Assembly: GCA_048772705.1 (NCBI GenBank)
Contig: JBLWGC010000035.1
Span: 310,001-374,000 of the forward strand
DNA length: 64,000 bases
Direction of reading: 5' to 3'
From: Leidyana gryllorum EB-2025a
Lineage: Eukaryota; Protista; Apicomplexa
The notes under the pieces: generated by a model
Seen by the model: only the letters and a program-made list of their open reading frames with translations
What the model was told of the DNA's origin: nothing
Database searches by the model: none
In this document: positions 1 through 12,162 of the stretch, one piece after another
Numbering within the stretch: position 1 is the stretch's first letter
Layout of the letters: every line of letters starts with the position of its first letter
Made by a program: the position numbers and the translations under genes

Positions 1-1285
1 CAAGACCCCGGATGCCTGGCTTCAGATCCTCGATGGTGAAACCGGTGTAAGTAACCAACCTCTCCGGCCAGAACTCGAACTTCTCGAAGCAAGCATCCGT
101 GTTAATGACCTTAACTGCGAGCGCAAGAGCGGCAGCGGCCAGCTTTGAGTTTGGCATCCCTTTCAACGGATTGTCATGTCCTTGAGCGAAGAGCGCCATG
201 CCGAGAAGGAAAGATCCGAGTTCTGTATACGCCTCTTTGTACATCGGCCAGTTACCCACAGCGACATATCGCTCAAGGAACTCGGGCGCACAAGGTGGGT
301 TGGGAGGGTCGACAAGAACCTTCAACGACTGACTTTCCAGATCGTTTATCCTCTTGACCGACTTATCCGGAACCACTTCGCTCATGTACACGGCGGAACG
401 CCACACATGTAGAGGATCAAAGCGGAAGCGCTCGGATTTCTCCCAGCATTCTTCGACCTTGATGGCATGACGGAGGGCGGTGATCACCGTGGACGCAAAG
501 ATCTCGCTTGTGAGCTCCTTCTCGCGATTCTTGACGCGGTCAAGGATCAGACGGTTGACATTGAGCAGACAGAGGTGGATGGTCTTTTCATGTAGCGTGT
601 GCGACACGGCGTAGTTGAAGACACTCTGAACAGCCATCTGTCTGAACTTCTCCATCGGACTGTCCACCGGATAACTCAGTGCGAACACCTCAGCATCAAG
701 CTTCTTCTCGCTGACGAGCCATTCTTGGTACATGTTCTCAGCGTAGTTTTGAACGGCTGCCATGCGAGGATTTGCACGTCCAATGAGATGAGCGTCGAAT
801 GAGGAAATGAAGTCATTCATGTCGATTCGATGACGCCCCGGGGTGACGATGTAGTCGCTGCCACCAGGACTTTTCCACAACTCGGCTTTCGGTACTGTTG
901 TCGGTGGCGCACTCAAAAACGGAGTTGCTGCTGGGTTCAAGCTACCCGAGTTCAGTCTGCATAGCTCAGCTGAGGGGCATGGAGCTTGCGGGGCAGCTCC
1001 TGGGATTCTGGACTCGCGTTCAATGCCGAACTTGAGTCTTCGGCGTCGACCAGCGGTGTTGCGTTCCCCTTTGGGAGAGATGATGCTGGGTTTGGTAGTA
1101 CGCTTGTGAACCTTGACTTTGCCGGAACTTGACTGTCCAGGCGAACAGGAAGCGGTGGTGGAACGGGACCATACTCTTTGATGAGGAAGGGTGTTGTTGG
1201 TGATTGTGAGGGAGTGTTGCTTCATTCCAGGGACGGGGTTGATGAGGTAGGATGCTTCAGCTGCCTTGCGAGTGCGTCCTGCCAT
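1..1285 (-). CDS. Cyclin, group I (A/B-like fold); 3' end runs off the window
   Basis: Uninterrupted minus-strand ORF from ATG 1285, absent from the ORF track because it has no stop in the window. Contains NPRMAAVQNYAENMYQEW, a cyclin box (FRQMAVQSVF..LHEKTIHLCLLNVNRL..ITALRHAIKVEE, LESQSLKVL..PPCAPEFLERY) and Cyclin_C-like PNSKLAAAALALA..W..LVTYTGFTIEDLKP. Confidence 0.85.
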   Translation of the reverse strand, partial: MAGRTRKAAEASYLINPVPGMKQHSLTITNNTLPHQRVWSRSTTASCSPGQSSSGKVKVHKRTTKPSIISPKGERNTAGRRRRLKFGIERESRIPGAAPQAPCPSAELCRLNSGSLNPAATPFLSAPPTTVPKAELWKSPGGSDYIVTPGRHRIDMNDFISSFDAHLIGRANPRMAAVQNYAENMYQEWLVSEKKLDAEVFALSYPVDSPMEKFRQMAVQSVFNYAVSHTLHEKTIHLCLLNVNRLILDRVKNREKELTSEIFASTVITALRHAIKVEECWEKSERFRFDPLHVWRSAVYMSEVVPDKSVKRINDLESQSLKVLVDPPNPPCAPEFLERYVAVGNWPMYKEAYTELGSFLLGMALFAQGHDNPLKGMPNSKLAAAALALAVKVINTDACFEKFEFWPERLVTYTGFTIEDLKPGIRGL

Positions 1286-1635
1286 CCTAAGAAGTGGTAA
1301 GATAAGAATGAATGTCTATTCGAGTAGGAAAAGTGTCTTCCAGGGGGACATAAGTGTGCGACGCGTCTCTGCACACACGCAATTTAAACACAGCCGGCCT
1401 TGGGGTTTACGTTCGGCCGGACCGAAAAGGATTGGATATAATTTATCGGTCTCAGTCCCTCAACGATCTATTTGAAATGTATCTTAAGTGCCAAGATCCC
1501 AGGTGCAAGTCGGCCTTCAAAAAGGAAGTAATGAGCCTAGTTACATCGGGCGCTTGCTTGACGAGTTATCGGGAGCTGGTATTTGAGACATCAGGATGAG
1601 TGGAGGGCTGGGGCTGAATGCTGAGTGCTGAGTGC

Positions 1636-3903
1636 TCAATATGTGCGAGGTCCTAAACGGTTTGCTAAAAAATCAAGGGTTGCTAGTGGGGAGCTGGGCG
1701 ACGAATCGACTTTTCGCCATGCTGGATTTGGCTGGAATGGGTGTGTACGACCTGAATCAAACACTGGTGACTCACTTGGGCGAAGAAGTCTGTTCCAGTC
1801 GGCCGGACTGCCGACGGCGTTTTCATTGGGGTTATTATTGACTGGTGGGGAAGTACCTCGATATCTCGGGGGTGCTTTGATGGGAGTAGGCGTTCGCTGA
1901 TGGCTCAAAGATCGATCGTGGGCACCTGTAGTGGTCAAGAGTGGTTTCAGAAAGGCTCTAGCTCGGCTAAGGCGCTGTTGCCACGGAGGTTGATGGGGTG
2001 GAGGTCCGAAAATCTCTCTGTATTCGTCGTCTATGAGCTTCTTCAGCTCAATACTCTGAGTGGTGGTCCATCTCGATGGGGAACTTCGATGCGTGTCGGT
2101 TGCTGGGGCAATGTCCAGTTGTACCACTTTGTCAACATGATTTGGGGACACCCGGAAGTCCGTTTGCACAGCTGTTTCTGGCAGGACCTTGGGTGGAATA
2201 TTGACTGCCTCGTAAGAGCAACATTCTGATCTGGGTGAAGTTTGGGAGCAGAAAAAGTTCTCAGTAGCCGACACGTGTGGGCCGCCCCAACTGTACGTGT
2301 GTGGTCGGATGTCCTTCAGATTAAGGGGGGGTATGTCGGTGCAGCTGGCTGAGTCGGACGAAGAAGACGATTCTACAGGTGGTTTGGATTGATCGCTGGA
2401 CCTCCAACTGGCTGAGAGCTCGTTGCCATCTCTTGATTCATTGGTTTGAGTCGACGAATTGAGAGACTCAACTATACGTTGTCCGCTCAATTGTGAGGAG
2501 TCCTCCGATTCGGCTTCTGAATAAGCGGCCGGTGACTGTTGTGTGACACTGTTAGGTGGAACCACTGGCAATCCGGTGGAGGGTGTGTATTCAAGCGACT
2601 CTGTGGGCTCCAGAAGGCTATCTTGAGCTTTTTGTTGCAAAAACTTCCTCCATTTGCGGTCGGAGCTGAAGTAGCGGCCACGAGCTGCTTCTGACAGCCA
2701 CTGCTTGAAGAGTTTCTGTTCCTTTTTAGCCCACTTCTTGAGGCTGGAGGAGCTGCTACTGGCTGATTCTGGCCCTCGATGAGCTTTGACTTTTTCCCAC
2801 AGGTGCTGGTGATAGTCGATACGCGGCACTGCCATGACATGAAGATTTTTCGTTGCCGAAGCTCCAGTATCTGATGGGGGTGGAAGTGTCGTATCCCTTG
2901 ACGGTGGCGCTGAACTCTCCCCCCCGCTTGGAGGGGGATATGCTTCGCTATTGTCATAGTCATAAGAGTCCCCCTTCTCTAATCCACTCGAGCTGTCACT
3001 ATACGATGAGCTGACCCCGTCTCGGGTGAGATAGACCTCAGGCAATTCGACAGCGTCTGCTTGAATCTGTAAAGCACCTTTGAAGAGAGCATCGTGGATC
3101 GATCTTTGTTTGGCCACTTCCCTCATCATGAAATCGAGTTCACGATTATAAGCCATACAGATAGACGCCTTCTTCTGTTCTTCAAGTTCCTTTTCCCTCT
3201 TCAGTCTCTCAAGTTCCCTCCGTAATTGTTGTTCCTCATCGAATTTGGCATTCACCGCTCTTCGCAATGCCAGCTCTTCTTCATGATTGGCGACTTCTTC
3301 TAGTTTCACCTGGTTGGCCGCCTTCTTCAATTCGTCCAGCCGACGCTGATATCGTGCCAAGTACATCTCCAGCAAGGGCAAGGCCAAGGCCATACTGTAC
3401 GTATGAGAACGACCGACATATTTGCTCTTTTTGATATGCGCACTCGGGCTTTTCAACGGCTGTTCATGTACAGACTCGCGTTGGGGTGGTCTCTCTGGCG
3501 TCCGCACGCCCGGTGGGGCCGAGACCGCTGCAGCTCTTCTTTTGTTGAGCCGACGATTAGCCGCGGTCGTCAAGGGTCCCGCACCGCCTGCTGCGGGGCC
3601 ACCTCCCAACAGTTCTCGTCGTTCCCCTCCTTCACCTCTGTACTGAGGTCGTGGTACCGCAGGTTTGATGGCCCGTCGAGGTAATCTGGTGGTGGAAGGA
3701 GGTGGCGGGGGTGGCTCGGTTTGCGGGGCAAGAGACTCCTTGATCGCCTGTTTGAGTGCTGAGACTAATTGTTGTGGGTCAATTATAGCGAGGTGCGATG
3801 AGACGCCTTCCCATGTTTGCGCCCTCGGAAATACTTGCGGTTGGGAGAGAGCCCGTGCCAAGGGCGCTGAGGCACCTCGGTGCGGTTCTCTCAACACTGG
3901 CAT
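1636..3903 (-). CDS. Hypothetical protein with central coiled coil and Ser/Pro-rich low-complexity regions
   Basis: 755-aa ORF with an E/K/R-rich heptad region (RRLDELKKAANQVKLEE..ELERLKREKELEEQKK); no recognisable domain. Confidence 0.7.
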   Translation of the reverse strand: MPVLREPHRGASAPLARALSQPQVFPRAQTWEGVSSHLAIIDPQQLVSALKQAIKESLAPQTEPPPPPPSTTRLPRRAIKPAVPRPQYRGEGGERRELLGGGPAAGGAGPLTTAANRRLNKRRAAAVSAPPGVRTPERPPQRESVHEQPLKSPSAHIKKSKYVGRSHTYSMALALPLLEMYLARYQRRLDELKKAANQVKLEEVANHEEELALRRAVNAKFDEEQQLRRELERLKREKELEEQKKASICMAYNRELDFMMREVAKQRSIHDALFKGALQIQADAVELPEVYLTRDGVSSSYSDSSSGLEKGDSYDYDNSEAYPPPSGGESSAPPSRDTTLPPPSDTGASATKNLHVMAVPRIDYHQHLWEKVKAHRGPESASSSSSSLKKWAKKEQKLFKQWLSEAARGRYFSSDRKWRKFLQQKAQDSLLEPTESLEYTPSTGLPVVPPNSVTQQSPAAYSEAESEDSSQLSGQRIVESLNSSTQTNESRDGNELSASWRSSDQSKPPVESSSSSDSASCTDIPPLNLKDIRPHTYSWGGPHVSATENFFCSQTSPRSECCSYEAVNIPPKVLPETAVQTDFRVSPNHVDKVVQLDIAPATDTHRSSPSRWTTTQSIELKKLIDDEYREIFGPPPHQPPWQQRLSRARAFLKPLLTTTGAHDRSLSHQRTPTPIKAPPRYRGTSPPVNNNPNENAVGSPADWNRLLRPSESPVFDSGRTHPFQPNPAWRKVDSSPSSPLATLDFLANRLGPRTY

Positions 3904-3951
3904 TGAGTGTGTCCTATGTGCACCAGACAGTCAGAGTATCAGCACCATCAA

Positions 3952-6874
3952 CTAATGGTAGTAGGAGGCCACGTCCTCAGCGAGGCCAAAAGTCAGACAG
4001 GTAGTCTCAGCTGTGGGCATGCTGGTGATTTTGCACAGCAGCTCTGCCACATTCAAGATTTCGTTATCATTCAATTCCTTCCCGATAGCCAATATCAGTA
4101 AATGAAGAAGGGCGTCAGAGTTGCGCTGCTCACACAATGCATTCAAATGTATCCAAGCCTGATCTCTTCCATCCGGTTCGCAGAATAAAGTCCGTGCCAA
4201 CAAGCATCGGGCTTCCTCATGTTGGCAGTCCAGTGTGAGTGCATCTGATGCATATCGTTCGGCCAGTTCCAGATCGCTGCGGTAGAGAGCGTCAATGGCC
4301 AAGAATACACAATGATTGGCTTCCAACAGATTGGCCGCCACCGCGTCGGGACTCGGCGTACTCGAGTTTTTAATCTCAGCTTCGCGTTCAACGAGTATAG
4401 CGGCCAAGTCGGATCGTCTCAACATATGACAAGTCTTCAATGCCGTTATCAGTAATGTTTGGGCCGACAAGAGATCTTCTGGCGCCACAGGGTGTAACGA
4501 GCACGCTGTGAACAAGCTGTGCCGCTCTGCGTTTGTTCGATGTACCGGAGTCGATCCTTCGATCGCCGATAAATCCACTGGCACCGCGGCACCCTCAGCG
4601 TCCAGTCGGCCACCCACACTATCTGGTCGACAACGCAGTATTTTAGGACAAAGTGAACCTCCCATGCGCCCCAACAGCGGATATGTTGGAGCCTGGTTGG
4701 CCATCATCACTCGTCCCAGTCGAGTGACCCCCGAGGGATAAAGCCCGTTGAAGTCGGTGCCTTGCAGCAGACCATGTAACTCAGACGGTGCTTCCCAGGC
4801 CGCACGAAGGGTCTGACCCGTGAATATCGGAGGACCGGGGGTCCAATCCTCAACTGGGGGAACGAACAACTCAGGCGTCACCCGTCGTCGTAGGGGCCAA
4901 CAGTGCTCAGCAGCGGGCTGCGGTCTCAATGTGCACCCGAAACTCTCCAGAAACATCAAATCCAGCCAACTCAGAATCTCATCTTCCAACCAAAGCAAAG
5001 GCTGGTCGACGAACCCCAGTGATGACTCGCGTTTGAGACCAAAGTAAAGATCCAATTGCCTCAATTCTGCTCTGGAATAAATCGACGGCTCCTCTACGAA
5101 GGGAAACCAATTCAAACTGTGTCGATACTGACTGCCTCACCATACTGATCAGTCCCTCTATCCTGCAGTTGGAGTCGCCAAGCGAGCAGCAGCTGCACGG
5201 CTGTTAAACTCAAGATCTGACTGGAGGGTGTGACAAAACGGCCGCCGGAGGCGGTCCAGAAGATCGTCAGGGAGCTGCAGTTTGACAGCACAGCTCTCAT
5301 GATAGTCACGTACATATTCAAGTATGGCCGGTCATCCGCAACGTCGAGCCGAAAGGTCCACAATTTTATCAACAGCATCAAAGCTCCACTGAGTGCGTGA
5401 GTCCCCGCCGACAGACGATACGATGTCTCTGCGGTCTGCATCGCTGATGCCCACATATGTTGAGTGAAAGACGGCATCTCCCATCCATGCCGACGTAATG
5501 CCTCTGTGTCCTCGAGAGGGAGTTGGAAATGGAAGTCATGTTGCACTTCCCTCATAGCAAACACGGTGCGAACGAATGCTAAGCGGCTCGCAGTCGATTG
5601 AGACGAGGGGTCTACTTGGTGTGCAATTTGAAGGTACATTGATGCTGCACACCAGCTCTTCTCGAGGGAGTAAGCGTGGCCTATCAATGCTAGCGCAGTC
5701 GCCGCTTCCCAAGGTACTTTGGTCTTCCGCAGAACATATCGTGCCAAAGATTGGGCTTGCAGATAGGCAGCAGCTTCGTTCACCAACAACTTACAGAGGA
5801 GGAGTACAACGCTCAATGTACTGAGTCCTGGGATGTGCTCGCTGTCCTCGAGGTGACTGTGCTGTGTTTCGGCAACGGTGATTGCTGTGTGAAGAGCGAT
5901 GATAGAGCTCCCAACGCTCAGCGGTGTCGAGGCCATCTCCAAAGCCAGTTGCAGCCACAGTTTGTAGTTCGAACTCCATTGCCCCACGAAGAAAGAGAGT
6001 TGAAGAGGGGCTGTCAACTCGAAAGGGCTCGATACTTCTTTGCCCAGCAGAACGGCCAGCGAACTTTGACGGATAAAGTCGGAGATACGCTTATCCGGCC
6101 GTCGCGCCGAAGTGGTTAGGTGCGACTCTACGCTTCAGGTGGAGGTGAAAAGTCAGGAGATTACTTTACCTGGGCGCCAACAGCAAGCACCGCTGTATCA
6201 GAGCCAACGTTCGGGAGAACACGGGTGTGCCAGTGATTTGCTGATGATCTGACAGACAGCCGATGTTATGAGGTTCGACACGCCGTAAAGTCCGCTTCCA
6301 GTGACCCGATAGCGGCCGTGTGAGCCTTATGAGCTCAAACAAATACTGCAGCGCTTGTTTCCAATGGGTCAGACTCTCCCGCTCCAAGATTGTGATTGCA
6401 TCTCTCAATCCCCCGCAATCCTTCCGAGCGGTTTGTGCTGATGGGATGTCTGGCTCGACATCACCGCGTATATGGAGGCACGATGTTTTCGTTGAACAGC
6501 CTCCTAACGATTAGATGATGAGTGTGGGAATTAGACATTGTGAGTGGATGGAAGCGGTCACTGTGGTACAATTGGGAGTAGCGCAATACCTTTGGGAGGC
6601 TGGATTTCCGCATGAATGACACATCCGACTGAAGCCTTCTCCTGTGCGCGTAGACCTGTTATTACAATCAGCAAGCGTTCGTAAGCATTGAAGTGCGCTA
6701 AGTGGTCCATTCTGAGGCACCTATTACACCAGGCGTCCCGATGGTGTGGACTTACTCTGCCTTCATAATTGCTATGGACAGACTCGTTCTACCCGACTCA
6801 ATCTCTCCCACACTGAATTTGGCGTCACGGTCAAACTCCAAGCTGCTGCGGGCCTTGGATCGTCGACGCTTCAT
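3952..6874 (-). CDS. Multi-exon TPR-like alpha-helical protein
   Basis: ORFs 6166-6408, 5112-6017 and 3952-5115 join in frame through short GT-AG introns (e.g. TAT G|gtgagg..cgtag|AG GAG CCG). TPR-like segments ALALIGHAYSLEKSWCAASMYLQIAHQVDP and LAERYASDALTLDCQHEEARCLLARTL. Probable start MKRRRSKARSS at 6874; the 5' exons are less certain. Confidence 0.65.
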
Positions 6875-6903
6875 CTTTGATCAAGACACACAAACACTCA
6901 AAG

Positions 6904-8956
6904 ATGATGAGGTATTACGCTCTGACACTGGCGGGCTTGGCCCAGGCCGAGGATGCCTTCGTGCTGGCCAAGGGTATGTGCAATTTCCACAATCCGTGTG
7001 TTCCGGAGGCTGAGTGTTTGGTGGACCCTAATGCGCCAATAATTGGCACTTTGATGTGCAGTTGCCCTCCAGGTACGATACTTCGAGTGATCCACTCTAC
7101 AAAATCCCGTAGGCTTCGAAGGAGACGGTTTGTTGGCTGGAACTGGCTGTCAAGACATAGATGAATGTCGTCTCGACCATCCTTGCCGGTCTGCAACCGA
7201 AGTTTGCTTCAATACCCCTGGAGACTATGAATGCCTCTGCAAGAGAGGTTATATTGCTCGGCCGGATGGCCAGAAGGGTTGTGTCGGTGAGTCATTGCAG
7301 TAAACCTGATTGAGGGTCACAATTCCCCGCGTTAGACATTAATGAGTGTGACACCCCAAGTCTCCACACCTGTGACCCCACTACCGTTTGCCACAACACT
7401 GACGGATCCTATGAGTGCATATGCGCCAACCCCACCCATATAGTGGATCCCAAGACTCGTGAGTCTCTAACAGAATGCCCCCTTCATCACCAGAACTGTC
7501 CTCCTCAGGATCTTGCCGTCCTTTCAATCTTTGCACCGACGCTCGTGGTGCTTACAACCCTTGCGATAAGGAGACCAGTTATTGTGTGTTCTCCGAAGAC
7601 ACCGGGCCTCAGTGCATTTGCAAAGAAGGCTTGGAGGCCCGTGAAGACGGCTTAGGCTGCGTCGGTGAGTGACTTTTGTGGTACAACTATGAACACATTG
7701 AACGGCTTCAGACGTCGATGAATGCGCCCATGAGGAATTGAACACTTGCCCACCCCTTATCACCAAGTGTGTCAACACATTCGGATCTTACGAGTGCGAA
7801 TGTGACGAGTTATCTGGCTATACGGCATCCCCAGACCATCCCAACTCCGCCTGCACCAGTGAGTGACGTTTCCTTGGTCTTTGACAACATTTATCTACAC
7901 GCAGATCTTAATGAGTGCATCAAGTGGCCGGGGGTATGTGGTGAGTTGGCCTGCTGTCGCGACCTCGCGCCTTTATATCCGCCCGAACCGTTGAGCGGTT
8001 TCGAGTGTGCACCAACCATCTCAAATGGCGGGAACGGGAGCCATTCCGCGCCTGCAGCGAGTAGCTCTCCCCGCCCTCACGACCGCCCGAGAGGTAGTTC
8101 TACTAACAGGCTAGACCCAGCTATGCCTTCTGATTTGCTGGGTTTGGGGTCGTCAATGGCGAGTGGCGGCTCAGGAAGTAACAATCTTCGGGTGGGAGGA
8201 GTGCGGAATCAGCCAATTTTGCCCCAGAGAGACTTCCATCATTTTGAGGCACCTCCACACTACAAAGCGGACCGCTACCGACTGATTCATTCTGGAAAGA
8301 CGCCGTCATCCGAATTAAAGGGGCACGAGACGCGTAAACGACCAGCGTCCGATGGGCCGAGGGTCTTTCGGGCATCGCAGCTGCAGCCAGTGATTGAGGA
8401 GGTGATGATTGAAGGGATGGATACCCGAGTGCGAAAATTGAGCGATTCGTTTACCGAGATGGCTGAAACTGCCGTCTCGGGTTTTGAGATTGCTTCCACT
8501 TTGGCCAAGTCGGTTCCCATGATAGACCAGGCCGCTACAGTGGTAGCGGACCTGTTTCAATCAGCTGTAGGAACTGCTAGTACTGGCCATTGCCCAAAGG
8601 GGTTCTTGAACGTTCATGAGATCATGCGAAACACGGCCAAATCCAGATCGGCGGAGATGGTAGCGGGTGCTGTGACGTTTCCCTTGCGGGTAGCCCAACC
8701 GGCCGTGGCGAGAGGATTTATGCAAAACAGCGAGATTGCGATAGATGATGTGGCACGATGGGTGAAAGCAGCGGCATTGGCCCCTGGAACTTTGACTAAA
8801 GTGTTGACGGACCAGAGTGGATTCAGCGGGAAATTGGGGCGTGAAGTGGTTGAGACCGCAGTGGGAATGGCTCGATCTTGGGGTAGTGTACTTGATCAAG
8901 CAAGCGAGATTCGGGAGGAAATTTTTCATCAAACAACTCAAGAGGCAAGGCGATAG
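6904..8956 (+). CDS. Secreted calcium-binding EGF-repeat protein (5-6 EGF modules plus a helical C-terminal region)
   Basis: Signal peptide MMRYYALTLAGLAQA. Spliced exons give DIDEC..CFNTPGDYECLCKRGY, DINEC..CHNTDGSYECIC, DVDEC..CVNTFGSYECEC and DLNEC. Five short GT-AG introns; no TM helix. Confidence 0.9.
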
Positions 8957-8971
8957 CCGTCACCACTCGTG

Positions 8972-9229
8972 ATGACCCGAGGCAATCAACGAGAACTGTC
9001 GCGTCAGAGGAATGCAAAGCAAGCAGCCAAACGTGGCGATGGAGGTCATTCCATCCTGAAGGATAAGGAGAAGACTCTAATGACTATCATTTGCCTTCAG
9101 TGCCGACAGTCATTCATGTGTACTTCGACACGGGCAATTCTGCAACAACATGTGGACGCGAAGCACCCATCTAAGCAGTTTAACGAGTGCTTCGACACTT
9201 GGAAAGAACCCGCTAAACCGACCAAATGA
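8972..9229 (+). CDS. SERF/4F5-ZNF706-like small zinc-finger protein
   Basis: MTRGNQRELSRQRNAK (4F5/SERF N-terminus) followed by C2H2-like CLQCRQSF..LQQHVDAKHP..FNECF. Confidence 0.9.
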   Translation: MTRGNQRELSRQRNAKQAAKRGDGGHSILKDKEKTLMTIICLQCRQSFMCTSTRAILQQHVDAKHPSKQFNECFDTWKEPAKPTK

Positions 9230-9306
9230 TAGACACTGTGTGCCTTGTGCGTTGTACTTTCATGCTCCATCAACCCCATAAATATACAATTATATCTCTA
9301 AGATAG

Positions 9307-12162
9307 ATGTTATCGCCATGTACAGAGGATCAGCAGTAAGTTTCGGCACCTAATTATACACCTCCCTCGCACCCAGGGCAGATACTACAAGACGGTCCTT
9401 GGCTGCCAATGAGCGCCTCGCAACCCAACTGTCTACTCTGGAGGTCATGGCAGTGGCAGCACGCTCTCTGCACCGGGCAGATACGGTGAGCAGCGTGGAC
9501 GCTAACCACCTTTCCCATGCCCGATATTCAGGTAGCGAGCCGCTTCAGCCGCACCAGTCGGTCGGCGCGCGATCCCAGCGCCACCTCTTTGACTCCGGCC
9601 AATTTGACGCCACAGTATGTGGCGGCGAGTGACTCTAATATGCGGATCGACACTGTTGGTTTGGAACCAATAGAGCCCTTGGAACACGTCCGATTGAATG
9701 TTCCCGACGAGGATGACGAGCAGCTGAGGTGTCTCACCAGTTGCCGCCGGCGGGTATCGGCATGGGCGAAAGGGTTCTTCGCGCGCAATGTCCCCACTAC
9801 CATTCCGGGGTGGCGGTTGGGCATACAGTGGGCCGTCGCTCTCGCCTTGAGTACCATCCCGCTGTATGTCCGAACCTTCAATAAATTCTTCCGGGGCTCA
9901 GAGATCTTCATTGCTATATCTGCGGTGACTGTCTTTGATCCCACGATTGGAGGACACGTCCGAAAACTCCTGGACCGTGTTGGGGCTAATCTCGCTGCCT
10001 CCGGAATGGCTGCTGTCATTTTTGTTCCCTTAACGGTCGCGGGCTACAGCTCTCTCGAAGAGAATCCCTGGTTGAACTGGCTGCTCTACGCCAATGCCAT
10101 TTTGATAGCTTTCTTCTGGGGATATATTGTCAATTTGTACCCAAAACATCAAACGCTGCCATTCGTCGGAATCAGCTCATCAATGACGCTATATGTGATG
10201 ACCACGGATAATTACTTGGGATCCATGTGGCGGGTCACAGTCGCCAATATACTCGGTGTACTGGTGGGATCCGTAGTATTCAGATTCGTATTGCCAAAAA
10301 GGGCTCGTCTTCTGATCCAAAATGATCTGGTTCAGGTAAATCGGAACACTCCGTGTCTGAAGGGAAAGTTCTCTCGTTTTCAGGTCTTTGAGAAAATCGG
10401 TGAAACACTTGAGCCACTCGTTGTCCTGGAAGCCGGACTGGTGCACTCGGCCTCATTTTTTACCCAACGGCCGCGACGTGCTGGTTCGCTGCTGCGAAAA
10501 TTATCACGCGCTGCTTCCCGCCGGAGTGTCACTCGTACTCCCCGTGCTAATCTGCCTGATCCAGCAATTGCATCAGTCGAGATCGCCTATGAAGAATTTC
10601 GCCAATTTCGCGACGACGTTTGGAATAGAATTGAAGGAATCGCTACCCTACTGAACGCACAGGAACCTCTGCTCCGGCCTGCAGAGCGCGAATACAGCCA
10701 TAATCGACCACACAGATTCCCCACCGCGGAATACCGTCAACTCTTGGACTGCTGCAAACGTATATTCTATCAGATCGTCTCCTTGTATCTCGTCCTCGAC
10801 ACTCACGGCGCTGTCGCCAGCATGGAACTCCCCGAATCAGCCCAAGTGGTGCTGGGCGAACAAGTGAGTCACTCATTGAACTTCATGCACGAATACTTCT
10901 TCTTCTCCTCCTTCTTTCAGTGGGAATACACAGGTTTGGTGAGGATCAAAAGGGAAGAGGGTACCGACAGATCAGAGACAAATCGCGAGGCCGAGACTGT
11001 CAAACGGCATTTCACACAACCAACGGGAGGACTTGGGAAAGCTATGCGACTACCATCTGACGTCTTGCGGGATGTCAAGGCGCGCTTTGTCTCCGACCCG
11101 ACGCTCTGGACCTTTGATGATATGGGGAGCCCTCCTGTTGTAGCCCAAAACTCACGAGAGCCCCTGGCGCCTCCTTCCTTCGCCGCTAATCTAACGGACG
11201 GGACCTCGGGCGATTATCAGAGCGAGACGCGGCCAAGCCTGGGAGGGCTCTCGTTGGCTCGAGATCTCTTTAGAAGTTCAATGGATGAGAGTTCGGTGAC
11301 AGAAACTGAATCTCATGTAATGCGAAGCAGCGGCTCATCAGCCCCTCACCCCCATATTCGCACGCTGGCAACTCTGCCGGCGAAGAAACCCAAGGAGGAA
11401 GAGCCCATCAGCCACTCTCCACCGCGAGAAGTTACTTTGCAACTTCCTATTGAGCGGCGATTGCAGGAAGCCACCGTCGAACATGCGATGTCAATGGGTC
11501 TGCGTGGAGGTGGGAGCCACCGAGGGCACCATCACCACCATCAACATTTGGGCGACCTGACTCCCGCGTCTCCAATGAGTCCTCAGACGCCGAGATCTAT
11601 GGCAGACCAAGACATGTTGAATCAAGTTCTCTCGGAAACAGGACTGGACTTTCACATGGTGGCCAATATTCCCGTGGTGCAATGGGCTCAGGTATACGGA
11701 CCCCTCATTGCAGAGGTCGCACGACAAGTTGCGGGATGTACAATTGAATTGGCGATGTGCCTGAAATCTTTGTGCGCTCGACAAAGTGCCGAGCATCGTT
11801 TGCGGATGACGGAGATCGCGATGGAACGTCTGACTCATCAACGGAATCAATGGTACAGTGCTACGGAGAATTTGATGGACAGTGTACTGAGGGAAAATGT
11901 TGACGGTCATCGACTCAAGGTGGAGGCCGATCAGATGTTGATGCAGACGTGGTTGGGGATGACATCTCAGCAGTATCTACAGCTGGGTCGTGAGGAGCGA
12001 GAGAGCTTGTGGAGGTCATTCGGGGCGACGCAAGATCGTTTGGCCCAAACAGCTCGTATATTGATGGCATTGACAGCTCAAGTGTCTCATTGCTACGAAG
12101 CAATGACGAAGTTCATTGCTGCTATGGGGGGGAAGGTGGAGAAAAACGCTATTGTCTTCTAG
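9307..12162 (+). CDS. ALMT/FUSC (aromatic acid exporter superfamily)-like anion transporter
   Basis: About six TM helices with AVTVFDPTIGGHVRKLLDRVGANLAASG (cf. ALMT [23 protein letters not shown]) and PAEREYSHNRPHRFPTAEY (cf. the ALMT WEP..FP...Y region). 5' exons MLSPCTEDQ.. join via two short introns. Confidence 0.75.
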
